Shown: piece after piece, positions 29,084 through 37,832 of the stretch
Numbering within the stretch: the stretch's first letter is position 1
Layout: each line of letters starts with the position of its first letter
Notes under the pieces: model-generated
What the model was told of the DNA's origin: nothing
Database searches by the model: none
The model's input: only the letters and a program-made list of their open reading frames with translations
Origin: Minisyncoccia bacterium
GTDB taxonomy: Bacteria; Patescibacteriota; Minisyncoccia; Phycocordibacterales; SBAW01
NCBI GenBank assembly: GCA_049997855.1
Contig: JBEKSG010000005.1
Span: 1,111 to 65,110 of the forward strand
Reading direction: 5' to 3'
DNA: 64,000 nucleotides
Made by a program: the position numbers and the translations under genes

Positions 29084-30994
29084 TTATTTTTGACTGGGGT
29101 TGTCTTGCGGCGCATTTTGAGAACCCGGCCCATCCCCCGGCGGGGTTTGTGTGCCATCTTGTGGTGAGCCCGCCCCACCAGCTTTTTGCACCGCTTCGTA
29201 CACTTTCGAAAGTTCTTTAGAGAGCTCCTCGGTTGCCGATGTTATCGTAGTCAAGTCATCGCTGCCCTTTTTCGACTCAAGTGCGGTAATTTTTTCGTTA
29301 ATTGAAGTCTCGAGCTCAACAGGAATTTTACCTTTGTTGTCGGTAAGCGCTTTACGCGCCGCATAGACGGCCTGATCGGCCATGTTGCGCGCCTCGGCGA
29401 GCTCAAACTTCTTTTTGTCGGAGTCGGCGTTGGCCTCGGCATCCTTCTTCATCCGCTCGATATCCTGCTCGCTCAAGCCCGAACGCGCCTCGATGCGAAT
29501 GCTCTGCTCTTTGCCGGTGGCTTTGTCCTTTGCTTTAACCGAAAGGATGCCGTTGGCGTCGACATCAAAGGTAACCTCGATTTGCGGCAGGCCCCTTGGC
29601 GCCGGCGGGATGCCGTCGAGCACAAACTTGCCTAAACTTTTGTTGTCGGCAGCCATAGCTCTATCGCCTTGCACAATGTGTATCTCAACGCTCGTTTGAT
29701 TGTCTGATGCGGTCGAGTATACTTGCGAACGGCTCGTGGGGATAGTCGTATTGCGCTCTATAAGCTTATGCGCGACGCCGCCCATGGTCTCGATGCCGAG
29801 GCTAAGCGGGATAACGTCGAGGAGGAGCACATCTTTAACCTCGCCGCGGAGAATACCGCCTTGTATTGCGGCGCCAATAGCCACTACCTCGTCGGGGTTG
29901 ACCGAGAGGTTTGCTTTTTTCCCGAAGAATTTTTCGACCGCAGCTTGCAAAGCGGGCATGCGGGTTTGGCCGCCGACGAGTATGACCTCGTTGAGATCAC
30001 CCACCTTAAACGGCGATGCCTCCATCGCGCGCTTAGTGATAGACATGGCACGCTCGATAAACTCGCTTGCAAGCTCCTCGAGTTTTGCGCGCGAGAGTTT
30101 AATGAGCAAATGGCGCGGACCGGACGAGTCGGAGGTGATAAATGGAATGTTGACCTCGCTCTCAAGCGCGGTGGAAAGCTCTATCTTAGCTTTTTCGGCA
30201 GCTTCGTCGAGACGCTGGCGCGCGAGCGGATCGTTGCGCACGTCAATACCGCTCTCTTTTTGAAACTCGCTCGCCAAAAAGTCGATTATTTTTTGGTCAA
30301 TGTCTTTGCCTCCGAGGTGCGCGTCGCCATCGGTCGACTTAACTTCGATTGAACCCTCACCTTCCTCCGAGGTGCCTACCTCGAGGATCGAGATGTCAAA
30401 GGTGCCGCCGCCAAAGTCGAAGACGGCAATCTTCTCGTTTTTCTTTTTGTCAAAACCATACGCGAGCGCCGCCGCGGTGGGCTCGTTGATGATGCGCTTC
30501 ACGTCAAGACCGGCAATTTTGCCCGCATCTTTGGTGGCCTGGCGCTGGCTGTCGTTAAAGTAGGCCGGCACCGTGATGACCGCCTCGGTAATCGGCTCAC
30601 CCAGGCGCTTTTCGGCATCAGCTTTGAGTTTGCCGAGTATCATTGCGGAGATTTCCTCCGGGCGATACCATTTGTCGCCCATCAGGACCTCGATACCTCC
30701 TGTTGCCGACTTGCGCATTTCGTAAGGCACCGACGCCCGGTCTTTTTGCACAAAAGGCTCGTCAAAGTTGTGACCGATAAATCGTTTGATTTGATAGACC
30801 GTGTTTTTAGGATTGGTAACCGCTTGGCGGCGCGCAATAAGACCAACCAGGCGCTCGCCGGTTTTGCTGGTTGCCACCACCGAGGGAGTCGTGCGTGCGC
30901 CCTCCGCATTTTCTAAAATTTGCGGCTCGCCGCCGCGCATGACCGCAGCTGCCGAGTTTGTAGTGCCCAAGTCAATGCCAAGAATTTTTCCCAT
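29084..30994 (-). CDS. dnaK: Chaperone DnaK (Hsp70).
   Basis: [26 protein letters not shown], full Hsp70 architecture. Confidence 0.97.
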   Translation of the reverse strand: MGKILGIDLGTTNSAAAVMRGGEPQILENAEGARTTPSVVATSKTGERLVGLIARRQAVTNPKNTVYQIKRFIGHNFDEPFVQKDRASVPYEMRKSATGGIEVLMGDKWYRPEEISAMILGKLKADAEKRLGEPITEAVITVPAYFNDSQRQATKDAGKIAGLDVKRIINEPTAAALAYGFDKKKNEKIAVFDFGGGTFDISILEVGTSEEGEGSIEVKSTDGDAHLGGKDIDQKIIDFLASEFQKESGIDVRNDPLARQRLDEAAEKAKIELSTALESEVNIPFITSDSSGPRHLLIKLSRAKLEELASEFIERAMSITKRAMEASPFKVGDLNEVILVGGQTRMPALQAAVEKFFGKKANLSVNPDEVVAIGAAIQGGILRGEVKDVLLLDVIPLSLGIETMGGVAHKLIERNTTIPTSRSQVYSTASDNQTSVEIHIVQGDRAMAADNKSLGKFVLDGIPPAPRGLPQIEVTFDVDANGILSVKAKDKATGKEQSIRIEARSGLSEQDIERMKKDAEANADSDKKKFELAEARNMADQAVYAARKALTDNKGKIPVELETSINEKITALESKKGSDDLTTITSATEELSKELSKVYEAVQKAGGAGSPQDGTQTPPGDGPGSQNAPQDNPSQK

Positions 30995-31041
30995 AGTATT
31001 TTTATTAAAATATGAATAATATTGTAATCAACAATAATGTA

Positions 31042-31581
31042 CTATGGTTTGAAGGCAAATACCGCAACCTGTGCAGGGCGTATTACTCTCTCCCCCACCC
31101 TATATCCCGAGCGTTCTACCGACTCTACGGTATGATCCTGCGCTTGGTTGTCGGTGACAACCTCGCGTAGAGCTTCATATTTGTGCGGAGTAAATGCATC
31201 GCCCACTGTCCCATATCTTTCTACCCTCATATTTTTTAAAGAGGTAAGAAACTGTTTATAAATCATCTCCAACCCGTTTTGGCCCTCTTTTTCGTGCTTA
31301 AGCGCAAGCTCAAGGGCATCTAAGGCGGGGATAAGTGACTCAATAAGTGTCGACTTTATCCGTGCTTCCCTGTCGTGATGTATAAGCGCCTCTTCGCGTT
31401 TAAAGTTGGCAAGGTCGGCCCGTGCGCGCTGCCATCCTTCTAAATACTCCTGCTTTTCTTCAATCGCTTTTTTTAATTTTGCCCGTAATTTGGCAAGAGC
31501 TGCAGGGTCGCCCTCGGCCTCCTCCTCGTCGACAAACTCGCTGTCATTGTTGCCGTTCATTTCCTCTCTGGAGTCTGTCAT
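31042..31581 (-). CDS. grpE: Nucleotide exchange factor GrpE.
   Basis: Coiled-coil N-region and the GrpE C-terminal block (VGDAFTPHKYEAL...RSGYRVGERVIRPAQV). Confidence 0.9.
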   Translation of the reverse strand: MTDSREEMNGNNDSEFVDEEEAEGDPAALAKLRAKLKKAIEEKQEYLEGWQRARADLANFKREEALIHHDREARIKSTLIESLIPALDALELALKHEKEGQNGLEMIYKQFLTSLKNMRVERYGTVGDAFTPHKYEALREVVTDNQAQDHTVESVERSGYRVGERVIRPAQVAVFAFKP

Positions 31582-31592
31582 ACGTGATAAGC

Positions 31593-31620
31593 ATTATACA
31601 CAAAAAAACATGTTGGTCAA
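31593..31620 (-). promoter_or_regulatory. Near-consensus sigma-70-type promoter for grpE-dnaK-dnaJ: TTGACC-16-tgTATAAT (extended -10). Leader only about 3-5 nt.
   Basis: Read on the minus strand: TTGACCaacatgtttttttgtgTATAATgcttatcacgtaATG. No CIRCE inverted repeat is present. Confidence 0.55.
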
Positions 31621-31621
31621 A

Positions 31622-31651
31622 TTAAAAAACCCCGCCGAAGCGGAGTTTTTT
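31622..31651 (-). terminator. Rho-independent terminator after rpsI (CCGC-UUCG-GCGG tetraloop hairpin with flanking A/T tracts).
   Basis: aaaaaaccCCGCCGAAGCGGagtttttt read directly. It sits immediately upstream of the grpE promoter. Confidence 0.6.
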
Positions 31652-31655
31652 AATA

Positions 31656-32063
31656 TTAGCGCTTGCTCCACTGCTTGCGTTTGCGGGCTTTAACGAGGCC
31701 CGGTTTCTTGCGCTCTTTGGCGCGCGGGTCGCGCTTAAGGAAGCCCTCTTTTTTAAGGATGCCGCGAAGCGAAATGTCGTAATCGATGAGCGCGCGCGAA
31801 ATAGCGTGGCGCACGGCGATCGCCTGCCCTGTGATGCCGCCGCCCGATACCACTACCGTGACTGTAAACGGGTTTGGGAGCGACACTTTAAGAAAAGGTT
31901 CGAGTGCCGCCTCGCGCAAAGCCGGCGTGCCAAAGTATTCCCCCGCTTCTTTGTTGTTGACCGAGACAATGGTGCGGGCAGAGGGTGTCAAACGCGCGCG
32001 AGCAATCGCCGTTTTGCGGCGGCCGACTGACTCTACATATTTTTCCTCTGTTTTGGTTGCCAT
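31656..32063 (-). CDS. rpsI: 30S ribosomal protein S9.
   Basis: C-terminal GGGITGQAIAVRHAISRAL...KARKRKQWSKR. Confidence 0.95.
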   Translation of the reverse strand: MATKTEEKYVESVGRRKTAIARARLTPSARTIVSVNNKEAGEYFGTPALREAALEPFLKVSLPNPFTVTVVVSGGGITGQAIAVRHAISRALIDYDISLRGILKKEGFLKRDPRAKERKKPGLVKARKRKQWSKR

Positions 32064-32094
32064 CTTATTATTTGTAGTTTCGTAAACTCACTGG

Positions 32095-32436
32095 TTAGTT
32101 TTCTATCGAAAGAAGCTTGATGCGCAAAGTTTGCAGGCGATTTTTGGGAAGCATGCCTAAAATTGCGCGGCGTATTGCCTCTCCCGAGCCGCGGCGCGCC
32201 GTGAGCATAGCATAGTTCTCTTTTTTTTTCCCGCCCGGATAGCCGGAGTAGCGCACGTAGCTTTTGTCTTTGGCTTTATCGCCTGAGATTTTTACTTTGC
32301 TTGCGTTGATGATCTTTACCTCAACTTTGGCAACCGCGTTTTTTGCAAAATCGGCGCTGTGCTTGCCGAGCAGGGTCTTAGCCGCTGCGCTTGCAACGCG
32401 TCCGAGCGATTTGTTTTCTGCGTTAATAGTGATCAT
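32095..32436 (-). CDS. rplM: 50S ribosomal protein L13 (short form).
   Basis: LGRVASAAAKTLLGKH...YVRYSGYPGG...AIRRAILGMLPKN. Confidence 0.9.
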   Translation of the reverse strand: MITINAENKSLGRVASAAAKTLLGKHSADFAKNAVAKVEVKIINASKVKISGDKAKDKSYVRYSGYPGGKKKENYAMLTARRGSGEAIRRAILGMLPKNRLQTLRIKLLSIEN

Positions 32437-32471
32437 ATTGCAAATACATTCGAATAAATTTGTGACATTCG

Positions 32472-32819
32472 TTAGACAAATTCTATGAGCGCCATCGGTG
32501 CGGCATCACCCTTGCGCGGGCCCATTTTGATAATACGGGTATAGCCTCCGGCGCGGTCGGCATACGTACCTGCTGTTTTGATTATTTTTGCCGCGGTCTT
32601 TTCGTCACCCAACGCAATTACAAGTGCGCGGCGGTTGGCAAGCGTTGCCGATTTTGCTTTGGTGAGGAATTTTTCTACCATGGGACGGATTTCTTTAGCC
32701 TTAGCCTCGGTCGTTTTTATTTTGCCGCGGATCACGAGCGAGCGGCAAAGGCTCTTGAGCAAAGCTCCGCGCTCGTCTGTTTTGCGTCTAAATTTCCGTA
32801 CGTTGTTTCCGTGTCTCAT
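32472..32819 (-). CDS. rplQ: 50S ribosomal protein L17.
   Basis: MRHGNNVRKFRRKTDERGALLKSL...GYTRIIKMGPRKGDAAPMALIEFV. Confidence 0.9.
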   Translation of the reverse strand: MRHGNNVRKFRRKTDERGALLKSLCRSLVIRGKIKTTEAKAKEIRPMVEKFLTKAKSATLANRRALVIALGDEKTAAKIIKTAGTYADRAGGYTRIIKMGPRKGDAAPMALIEFV

Positions 32820-32821
32820 GG

Positions 32822-33781
32822 CTATTTAAGTACGATGCCGAAATTGGCAAGCGCGCGCTTTACCTCTTGTATCGCCTTCGGTCCAAGGCCGTCTATCTCG
32901 AGGAGATCTTCCTCTTTTTTGCGTGCAAGACCGCCCACGGTGCGGATGTTGGCCTTTTCAAGCGCGGAAATAGTCCGGCTTGAAAGTTCAAGATCCTCAA
33001 TGCGAGTTTTGAGCGCCTCGGCGGCAACCTCTCCAGTTGGCGTGCTCTCGGACACTTGCGGTGCATTTGCGCTTTGAGTTGGCAACTCTTCTTCTCGGAA
33101 GCCGACAATCGACTTAAGTTGGGTGATCATGATTTCGATCGATTGCTCGAGTGCTGCGCGCGGCGCCAGGGTGCCGTCGGTCTCGATTGCGATGCGCAGG
33201 CGGTTAAAATCGGTGCGATCGCCGACACGCATGTTATCTACCTCGTAGTTGACGCGGCGGATAGGGCTAAAGATGGCATCGACGGAAATCTCGCCGATAT
33301 CGACGCGCTCTTTTTTGAGCACCTCGCGCGGCACATAGCCTAAGCCCCGCTCGATGTGAAACTCCGCATTAAGCGTGGTCTTGTCGCCGAGCTCGCAGAT
33401 GTAAGCGTTTGGGTTGAGAAGGCGCACTTGTCCGGGAAGTGTCAGGTCGTCGCCCGATACTTTTTTAGGACCTTTAACATTGAGCGCGATGGTTTGCGCC
33501 TCGCCCGCCACTATCTCAAAACGCAGTTTTTTGAGATTGAGCAGGACGGTCACCACATCCTCTTTGATGCCGTTGATGGTCGAAAACTCATGATTGACGC
33601 CGTCAATTTTGACCGAGGTAATAGCGGCGCCCGGGAGCGAGGAAAGGATAATGCGGCGCAAAGAGTTGCCGAGCGTGTGCCCGTAGCCGGGATAGAGGCC
33701 GTCTATTTCAAACACCCCCTCGTTGCCCTCTTCCGAGACCGCGCGAGGCTTGCTCGGCAATGTGATTGAATATTCCATCAT
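32822..33781 (-). CDS. rpoA: DNA-directed RNA polymerase subunit alpha.
   Basis: N-terminal dimerisation domain ([22 protein letters not shown]) and C-terminal alpha-CTD HhH. Confidence 0.95.
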   Translation of the reverse strand: [319 protein letters not shown]

Positions 33782-33846
33782 ATAAATTTTAATATTTTTA
33801 ATAATTACTCGTCTTATTATATTTGCCTCGTAAACTCGGCGTCGGC

Positions 33847-34461
33847 CTAACGGCTGTAGAACTGTATGATTGTTGCCGGATTAAAGGGAGCCTCAGTCTC
33901 GAGAACCGTGGGAGCCGCAATAATGGTCGCGGAAAATCCGTCGGCGCTCATTGATAGCCACGCAGGCGTCTTTGTCTCCGCAACCGTCTCGGCGCGATTG
34001 GCAAACAAGGGGCTCATTTTGCTGCCCTCGCGGATAGAAACAATATCGCCAACTTTAACCGCGTGCGACGGGATGCTCATGCGAGTGCCGTTTATGGTGA
34101 CGTGCGCGTGCGAGACAAGCTGGCGGGCGGCACGGCGTGTTTTCCCAAACCCCGCGCGAAAAATGACGTTGTCGAGGCGCGCTTCAAGACGATTCATGAG
34201 CATTTCGGTAGAGACTTTGCCTTTGCGCTCCATAGCCTCATGCACATACCGTGAAAACTGTCTCTCGGAAAGACCGTAGGTAAAGCGCGCCTTTTGTTTC
34301 TCTAACAGTTGCGCGCTAAAATCGGTGCCGCCGCCGCGCTTGGGTCGCCCTGTGCGATGAGGAGCACGCGCTTCGGCAAGCTGATATTTTTGCGTCTGGC
34401 ACTTTTCAAATACGGAAGCGCCGAGGCGTTTGCAAATTTTATATTTTGGTCCAGTAATCAT
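33847..34461 (-). CDS. rpsD: 30S ribosomal protein S4.
   Basis: MITGPKYKICKRLG...S4 domain. Confidence 0.95.
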   Translation of the reverse strand: MITGPKYKICKRLGASVFEKCQTQKYQLAEARAPHRTGRPKRGGGTDFSAQLLEKQKARFTYGLSERQFSRYVHEAMERKGKVSTEMLMNRLEARLDNVIFRAGFGKTRRAARQLVSHAHVTINGTRMSIPSHAVKVGDIVSIREGSKMSPLFANRAETVAETKTPAWLSMSADGFSATIIAAPTVLETEAPFNPATIIQFYSR

Positions 34462-34498
34462 CGTTTTCTATACGCTCTTCTTATATTTATTTGCCTCG

Positions 34499-34930
34499 TT
34501 ACACTCGGCGAGGTTTAGGTGGCCTCGGGCCGTTGTGCGGCACCGGCGTCGTGTCTTTTATGGAGTTGATGTGGATGCCTTTGCCAGAGAAAGCGCGTAC
34601 CGAAGACTCGCGGCCGGCGCCGACACCGGAGATAATCACGCCGACCTCTTTAACGCCCATTGCGACCGCCCTATCGCCCAAAAGCTCTCCGACCTTTGCA
34701 GCTGCAAAAGGAGTGCCCTTTTTAGCGCCTGAAAAGCCAAGCGAGCCGGAAGACGACCAGCTCACGATATTGCCGCCGATATCGGCAAGCGACATCTTCG
34801 TGTTGTTGTAGGTTGCTTCGACAAAGACGAGCCCCGCATCCATTTTGCGGCGCGACGCGCGCGAAGAAGAGCCGCGGTTCCCCGTGTTATCATTCTCGCC
34901 CCCTTTTTTGACTATTCGTTTCTTACCCAT
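34499..34930 (-). CDS. rpsK: 30S ribosomal protein S11.
   Basis: GLVFVEATYNNTKMSLADIGGNIVSWSSSG... Confidence 0.95.
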   Translation of the reverse strand: MGKKRIVKKGGENDNTGNRGSSSRASRRKMDAGLVFVEATYNNTKMSLADIGGNIVSWSSSGSLGFSGAKKGTPFAAAKVGELLGDRAVAMGVKEVGVIISGVGAGRESSVRAFSGKGIHINSIKDTTPVPHNGPRPPKPRRV

Positions 34931-35073
34931 AGGTGACTGATTTTAAACGAGTTTTGCGAGTACAAAAATTGCCATCCCGCTCAATGCAGGCTGGTATCAC
35001 TATCTCGTTGGAATAACTTAACATATAATTTGGCATAACTCAATCGTAGTAACATTAGCGAGATCTCGAAGGA

Positions 35074-35454
35074 CTACGTCTTTTCAACCTTGCGACGACC
35101 CGAACCCATGGTCTTGCGAACATTACCGCGCAGGGTGCGAGAGTTGGTTCTCGTGCGCTGGCCGCGTGAAGGGAGTTTTTTGGTGTGACGCGAGCCGCGA
35201 TAACTGCCGATATCTTTGAGACGCTTGATATTGCCGGCAACCTCGCGTTTCAAGTCGCCTTCGAGCTTGACGCTCTCGAGTATCGTGCGGATGCGAGCCT
35301 CCTCGTCGGTTGAGAGGTCTTTGGTCTTTATCATCGGATCAACTTTTGCCTCTGTCAAAATGGTGAGTGCGCGCGAAGGGCCGATGCCGTATAAAAAGTT
35401 AAGCGCATAGCGAATGCGCTTGTTATCGGGGAGTGTAATACCTGAAATACGCAT
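35074..35454 (-). CDS. rpsM: 30S ribosomal protein S13.
   Basis: MRISGITLPDNKRIRYALNFLYGIGPSRAL... Confidence 0.95.
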   Translation of the reverse strand: MRISGITLPDNKRIRYALNFLYGIGPSRALTILTEAKVDPMIKTKDLSTDEEARIRTILESVKLEGDLKREVAGNIKRLKDIGSYRGSRHTKKLPSRGQRTRTNSRTLRGNVRKTMGSGRRKVEKT

Positions 35455-35460
35455 ACTAAA

Positions 35461-35574
35461 TTATCCTTGGCGCTGTTTGTGGCGCGGATTGCTGCACATA
35501 ACATACACGCGCCCTTTGCGGCGTACCATTTTGCAATTTACACAGCGGGTTTTGATCGAAGCTTTTACTTTCAT
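35461..35574 (-). CDS. rpmJ: 50S ribosomal protein L36 (37 aa; absent from the ORF track because of its size).
   Basis: Hand translation [42 protein letters not shown] overlap with the infA stop. Confidence 0.85.
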   Translation of the reverse strand: MKVKASIKTRCVNCKMVRRKGRVYVMCSNPRHKQRQG

Positions 35575-35783
35575 TACAGTCTCCGGGTAATCCTGCCCTT
35601 CCCGCCATACGGGTCAAGCGTAATTATCACTTTGTCTCCTACCAGAACCTTGATGCGATGCAGCCGCATTTTACCGGCCAAATACGCAAGGATGACCTCT
35701 CCGTTCCCTAAAGAGACCCGGAAAAGGGTGTTTGGCAAAGCCTCTTCGACGATGCCCTGTACTTCCTCGGACTTGGTATCCAT
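35574..35783 (-). CDS. infA: Translation initiation factor IF-1.
   Basis: [63 protein letters not shown] at 35783; the ORF-track start one codon upstream is TTG. Confidence 0.9.
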   Translation of the reverse strand: MDTKSEEVQGIVEEALPNTLFRVSLGNGEVILAYLAGKMRLHRIKVLVGDKVIITLDPYGGKGRITRRL

Positions 35784-35805
35784 CAAACAATAAGCGACAA
35801 AAGCT

Positions 35806-35834
35806 ATCTTAGCCTATCCTTAAACGAGTGTCAA
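35806..35834 (-). promoter_or_regulatory. Near-consensus promoter for the infA-rpmJ-rpsM-rpsK-rpsD-rpoA-rplQ array: TTGACA-17-TAAGAT.
   Basis: Read on the minus strand: TTGACActcgtttaaggataggcTAAGAT, about 22 nt upstream of the infA ATG, with no SD. Confidence 0.5.
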
Positions 35835-35973
35835 CAACAGCGTGGCCTAAATTAAGCTCTTTTGTGGATTGTGCCTAGGGCTTGCCAAAACGCCATATTT
35901 AAGGCTATTCTAGACCCAGAAATCTGAACTTGGTCTGTTCTTCCACATCACAGCGCAAAAGGACGCTCAACAG

Positions 35974-36504
35974 ATGTACAAGCCGCGAAAATTTACTTGG
36001 GTTATGAAGGCTGCTCTCGTGTTAACCGCAAGCGGTGTGGCATACGCTGTAACGGCACACCTTGAGAGCGAAATGGCTGGCATCAATGCTTTCGCCACAT
36101 TCTTTATTGCCACTCAGCTGAATATGTCAAATAAGTCAGCGTATGCTCACGGAATAAATGGGGGTCGACACGTTCTTTCGATGCCAATAGGTCTGTTTAT
36201 CAAGTATCTTGTTGTTCTTATAGCATTTATGCTGTTGGCTTTTTCCTCATTATCCAACGAAAACGGACTGTCGGTGGCAGCAACCTTCAGGCTCCATCTT
36301 TGCGCATTTTCAGGTCTGCTGGGCTGGCTCGCTGCACTTATTTACTGGTACGCTTTTTCGTATCGAGAAACATACTATCTATCGGAAAGTTATGAGCGAG
36401 AACTGCTAAAAATGAACGGGACAAATGATGCGCGCATTGAAGACGTCATAGCCCACGACAAAAGGAAGGGCTTGTTTGGCCCCTCGGCACAACAAAAAGA
36501 ATAA
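35974..36504 (+). CDS. Hypothetical polytopic membrane protein (176 aa), lone plus-strand gene, somewhat lower GC than flanks.
   Basis: ORF track. Several hydrophobic helices. Followed by a strong terminator. No recognised motif. Confidence 0.5.
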   Translation: MYKPRKFTWVMKAALVLTASGVAYAVTAHLESEMAGINAFATFFIATQLNMSNKSAYAHGINGGRHVLSMPIGLFIKYLVVLIAFMLLAFSSLSNENGLSVAATFRLHLCAFSGLLGWLAALIYWYAFSYRETYYLSESYERELLKMNGTNDARIEDVIAHDKRKGLFGPSAQQKE

Positions 36505-36520
36505 CTCGTCCAAACTTTAA

Positions 36521-36558
36521 GCCGCTCGCTCTAACGTGGAGTACGAGCGGCTTTTTTT
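36521..36558 (+). terminator. Rho-independent terminator (GCCGCTCG-15nt-CGAGCGGC + TTTTTTT).
   Basis: Read directly, 17 nt after the stop of CDS 35974..36504. Confidence 0.7.
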
Positions 36559-36563
36559 CTTTT

Positions 36564-37826
36564 CTATTTTGTGACGACCGTAATTTTGTTGGCATCCGTG
36601 GGGAACGTTGACGACCAAAACGGCCTAATGCTGGCGCTGCATGGGGTGTCTTTGCTGCAGGTGATGGCCGGAGCAAATGAGGAGACAATCTGCTCGAAGG
36701 CGCTTTTGCTCTTGCCGAGCAACGCAGCTTTAAGCGCGTTGGGGTCAAATTGCCACACTAAGGTCGGCGAGCCCGAGAGCGCGAGGGTTAAGCTGCCTTG
36801 CGAGGGCGTACTGCTTCCTTGCAGACCTACCGTGATGGCCGAGATGTCCGCAAAGTCGACCGCTTCCCCTTTGTATCCGCTTACTTCCTGCTTGGCAATG
36901 GCGGCGGCGAGGTCGCTGGTGCGAACGGTGTCACCGCTTGCGGTTGCCGTTTCGGAAAGTGCGACGGTATTGCTGTCGATAGGCGTTTGTATAATATCGC
37001 TATAAGAAATAGTAAACGTACCGGGGATCAACAGATATTGCTTTGGAATCTCGGTAGAGGCGGCTTGTTGCAAAGCGTTTTTAAGCCCTTGCTCAAACGC
37101 GTTTTGGGCTGCGGCAAGATCAGCCGGAGCCACGGTAGCCTGGGCGCCCACAAAACCGCCGGTTATGCCGCTTGTTTGCGCATAAAACTTGGTGTATTGA
37201 GGATCGCCTTTAAACCCGGGGATTGTAAATTGGGTTTGACCCAGGTTGTATGTTGCGCCGGGAGCATCGGCATAGACGGTTGCAGAGACAGTACCCGGGG
37301 TAAGCGTGCCGTCGGCCGCTTTAATAGCGCCCGGCACGGTAATGCCGCTTTTAATACGATATATGTTGCCGTTGGGAGCTTCAAAACGCGTCGTGGCTAC
37401 GAGCGTTTGCGGGCTGATGCTATAGTCGTTGTAAATCGTGATGACTCCTGAAGCAGATTTGGAAACTTGCGAGGAGCCGCTCGCTTTAACTGTGGTGCTT
37501 GCAGTGCGAGAGGCAGAGACTATTTGATATGGAAGCACGCCTACGGGTGCGTTAACCTCGGCAAGCATAGTAGAAGGCGACGTTACAACCGCTGTTTTGG
37601 GCGTCACGTTTACCGTAACACCGGCAAAGAGAGTCGAGAGCAAGATGCCACCAATCGCGCACAACACCAATATTCCTATAAGGATCCAAAAAAACCAGCT
37701 TTTTGTCATTGATATTCTTTTTTTACGGGGTAATACGGGTTCGGCCGGAGGAGGGCGATGCCCGGGAGGTAAAGGGATGTCGCGGATCGAGCGCTCTCCT
37801 TTTGGGATCATGTCTCGCATATACAC
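36564..37826 (-). CDS. Hypothetical membrane-anchored protein: Pro-rich cytoplasmic N-tail, one TM helix, about 350-aa extracytoplasmic Ser/Thr/Ala-rich domain.
   Basis: MYMRDMIPKGERSIRDIPLPPGHRPPPAEPVLPRKKR + TM (WFFWILIGILVLCAIGGILL). Co-oriented 7 nt downstream of the actin-fold gene. Topology resembles PilN/PilO or FtsQ-type bitopic proteins, but no motif was recognised. Confidence 0.55.
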   Translation of the reverse strand: MYMRDMIPKGERSIRDIPLPPGHRPPPAEPVLPRKKRISMTKSWFFWILIGILVLCAIGGILLSTLFAGVTVNVTPKTAVVTSPSTMLAEVNAPVGVLPYQIVSASRTASTTVKASGSSQVSKSASGVITIYNDYSISPQTLVATTRFEAPNGNIYRIKSGITVPGAIKAADGTLTPGTVSATVYADAPGATYNLGQTQFTIPGFKGDPQYTKFYAQTSGITGGFVGAQATVAPADLAAAQNAFEQGLKNALQQAASTEIPKQYLLIPGTFTISYSDIIQTPIDSNTVALSETATASGDTVRTSDLAAAIAKQEVSGYKGEAVDFADISAITVGLQGSSTPSQGSLTLALSGSPTLVWQFDPNALKAALLGKSKSAFEQIVSSFAPAITCSKDTPCSASIRPFWSSTFPTDANKITVVTK

Positions 37827-37832
37827 AGATAA

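Noticed and set aside
31582-31655. CIRCE (HrcA operator) upstream of grpE.
   Set aside because: Searched for TTAGCACTC-N9-GAGTGCTAA-like inverted repeats and found none. Only a sigma-70-type promoter and the rpsI terminator are present.
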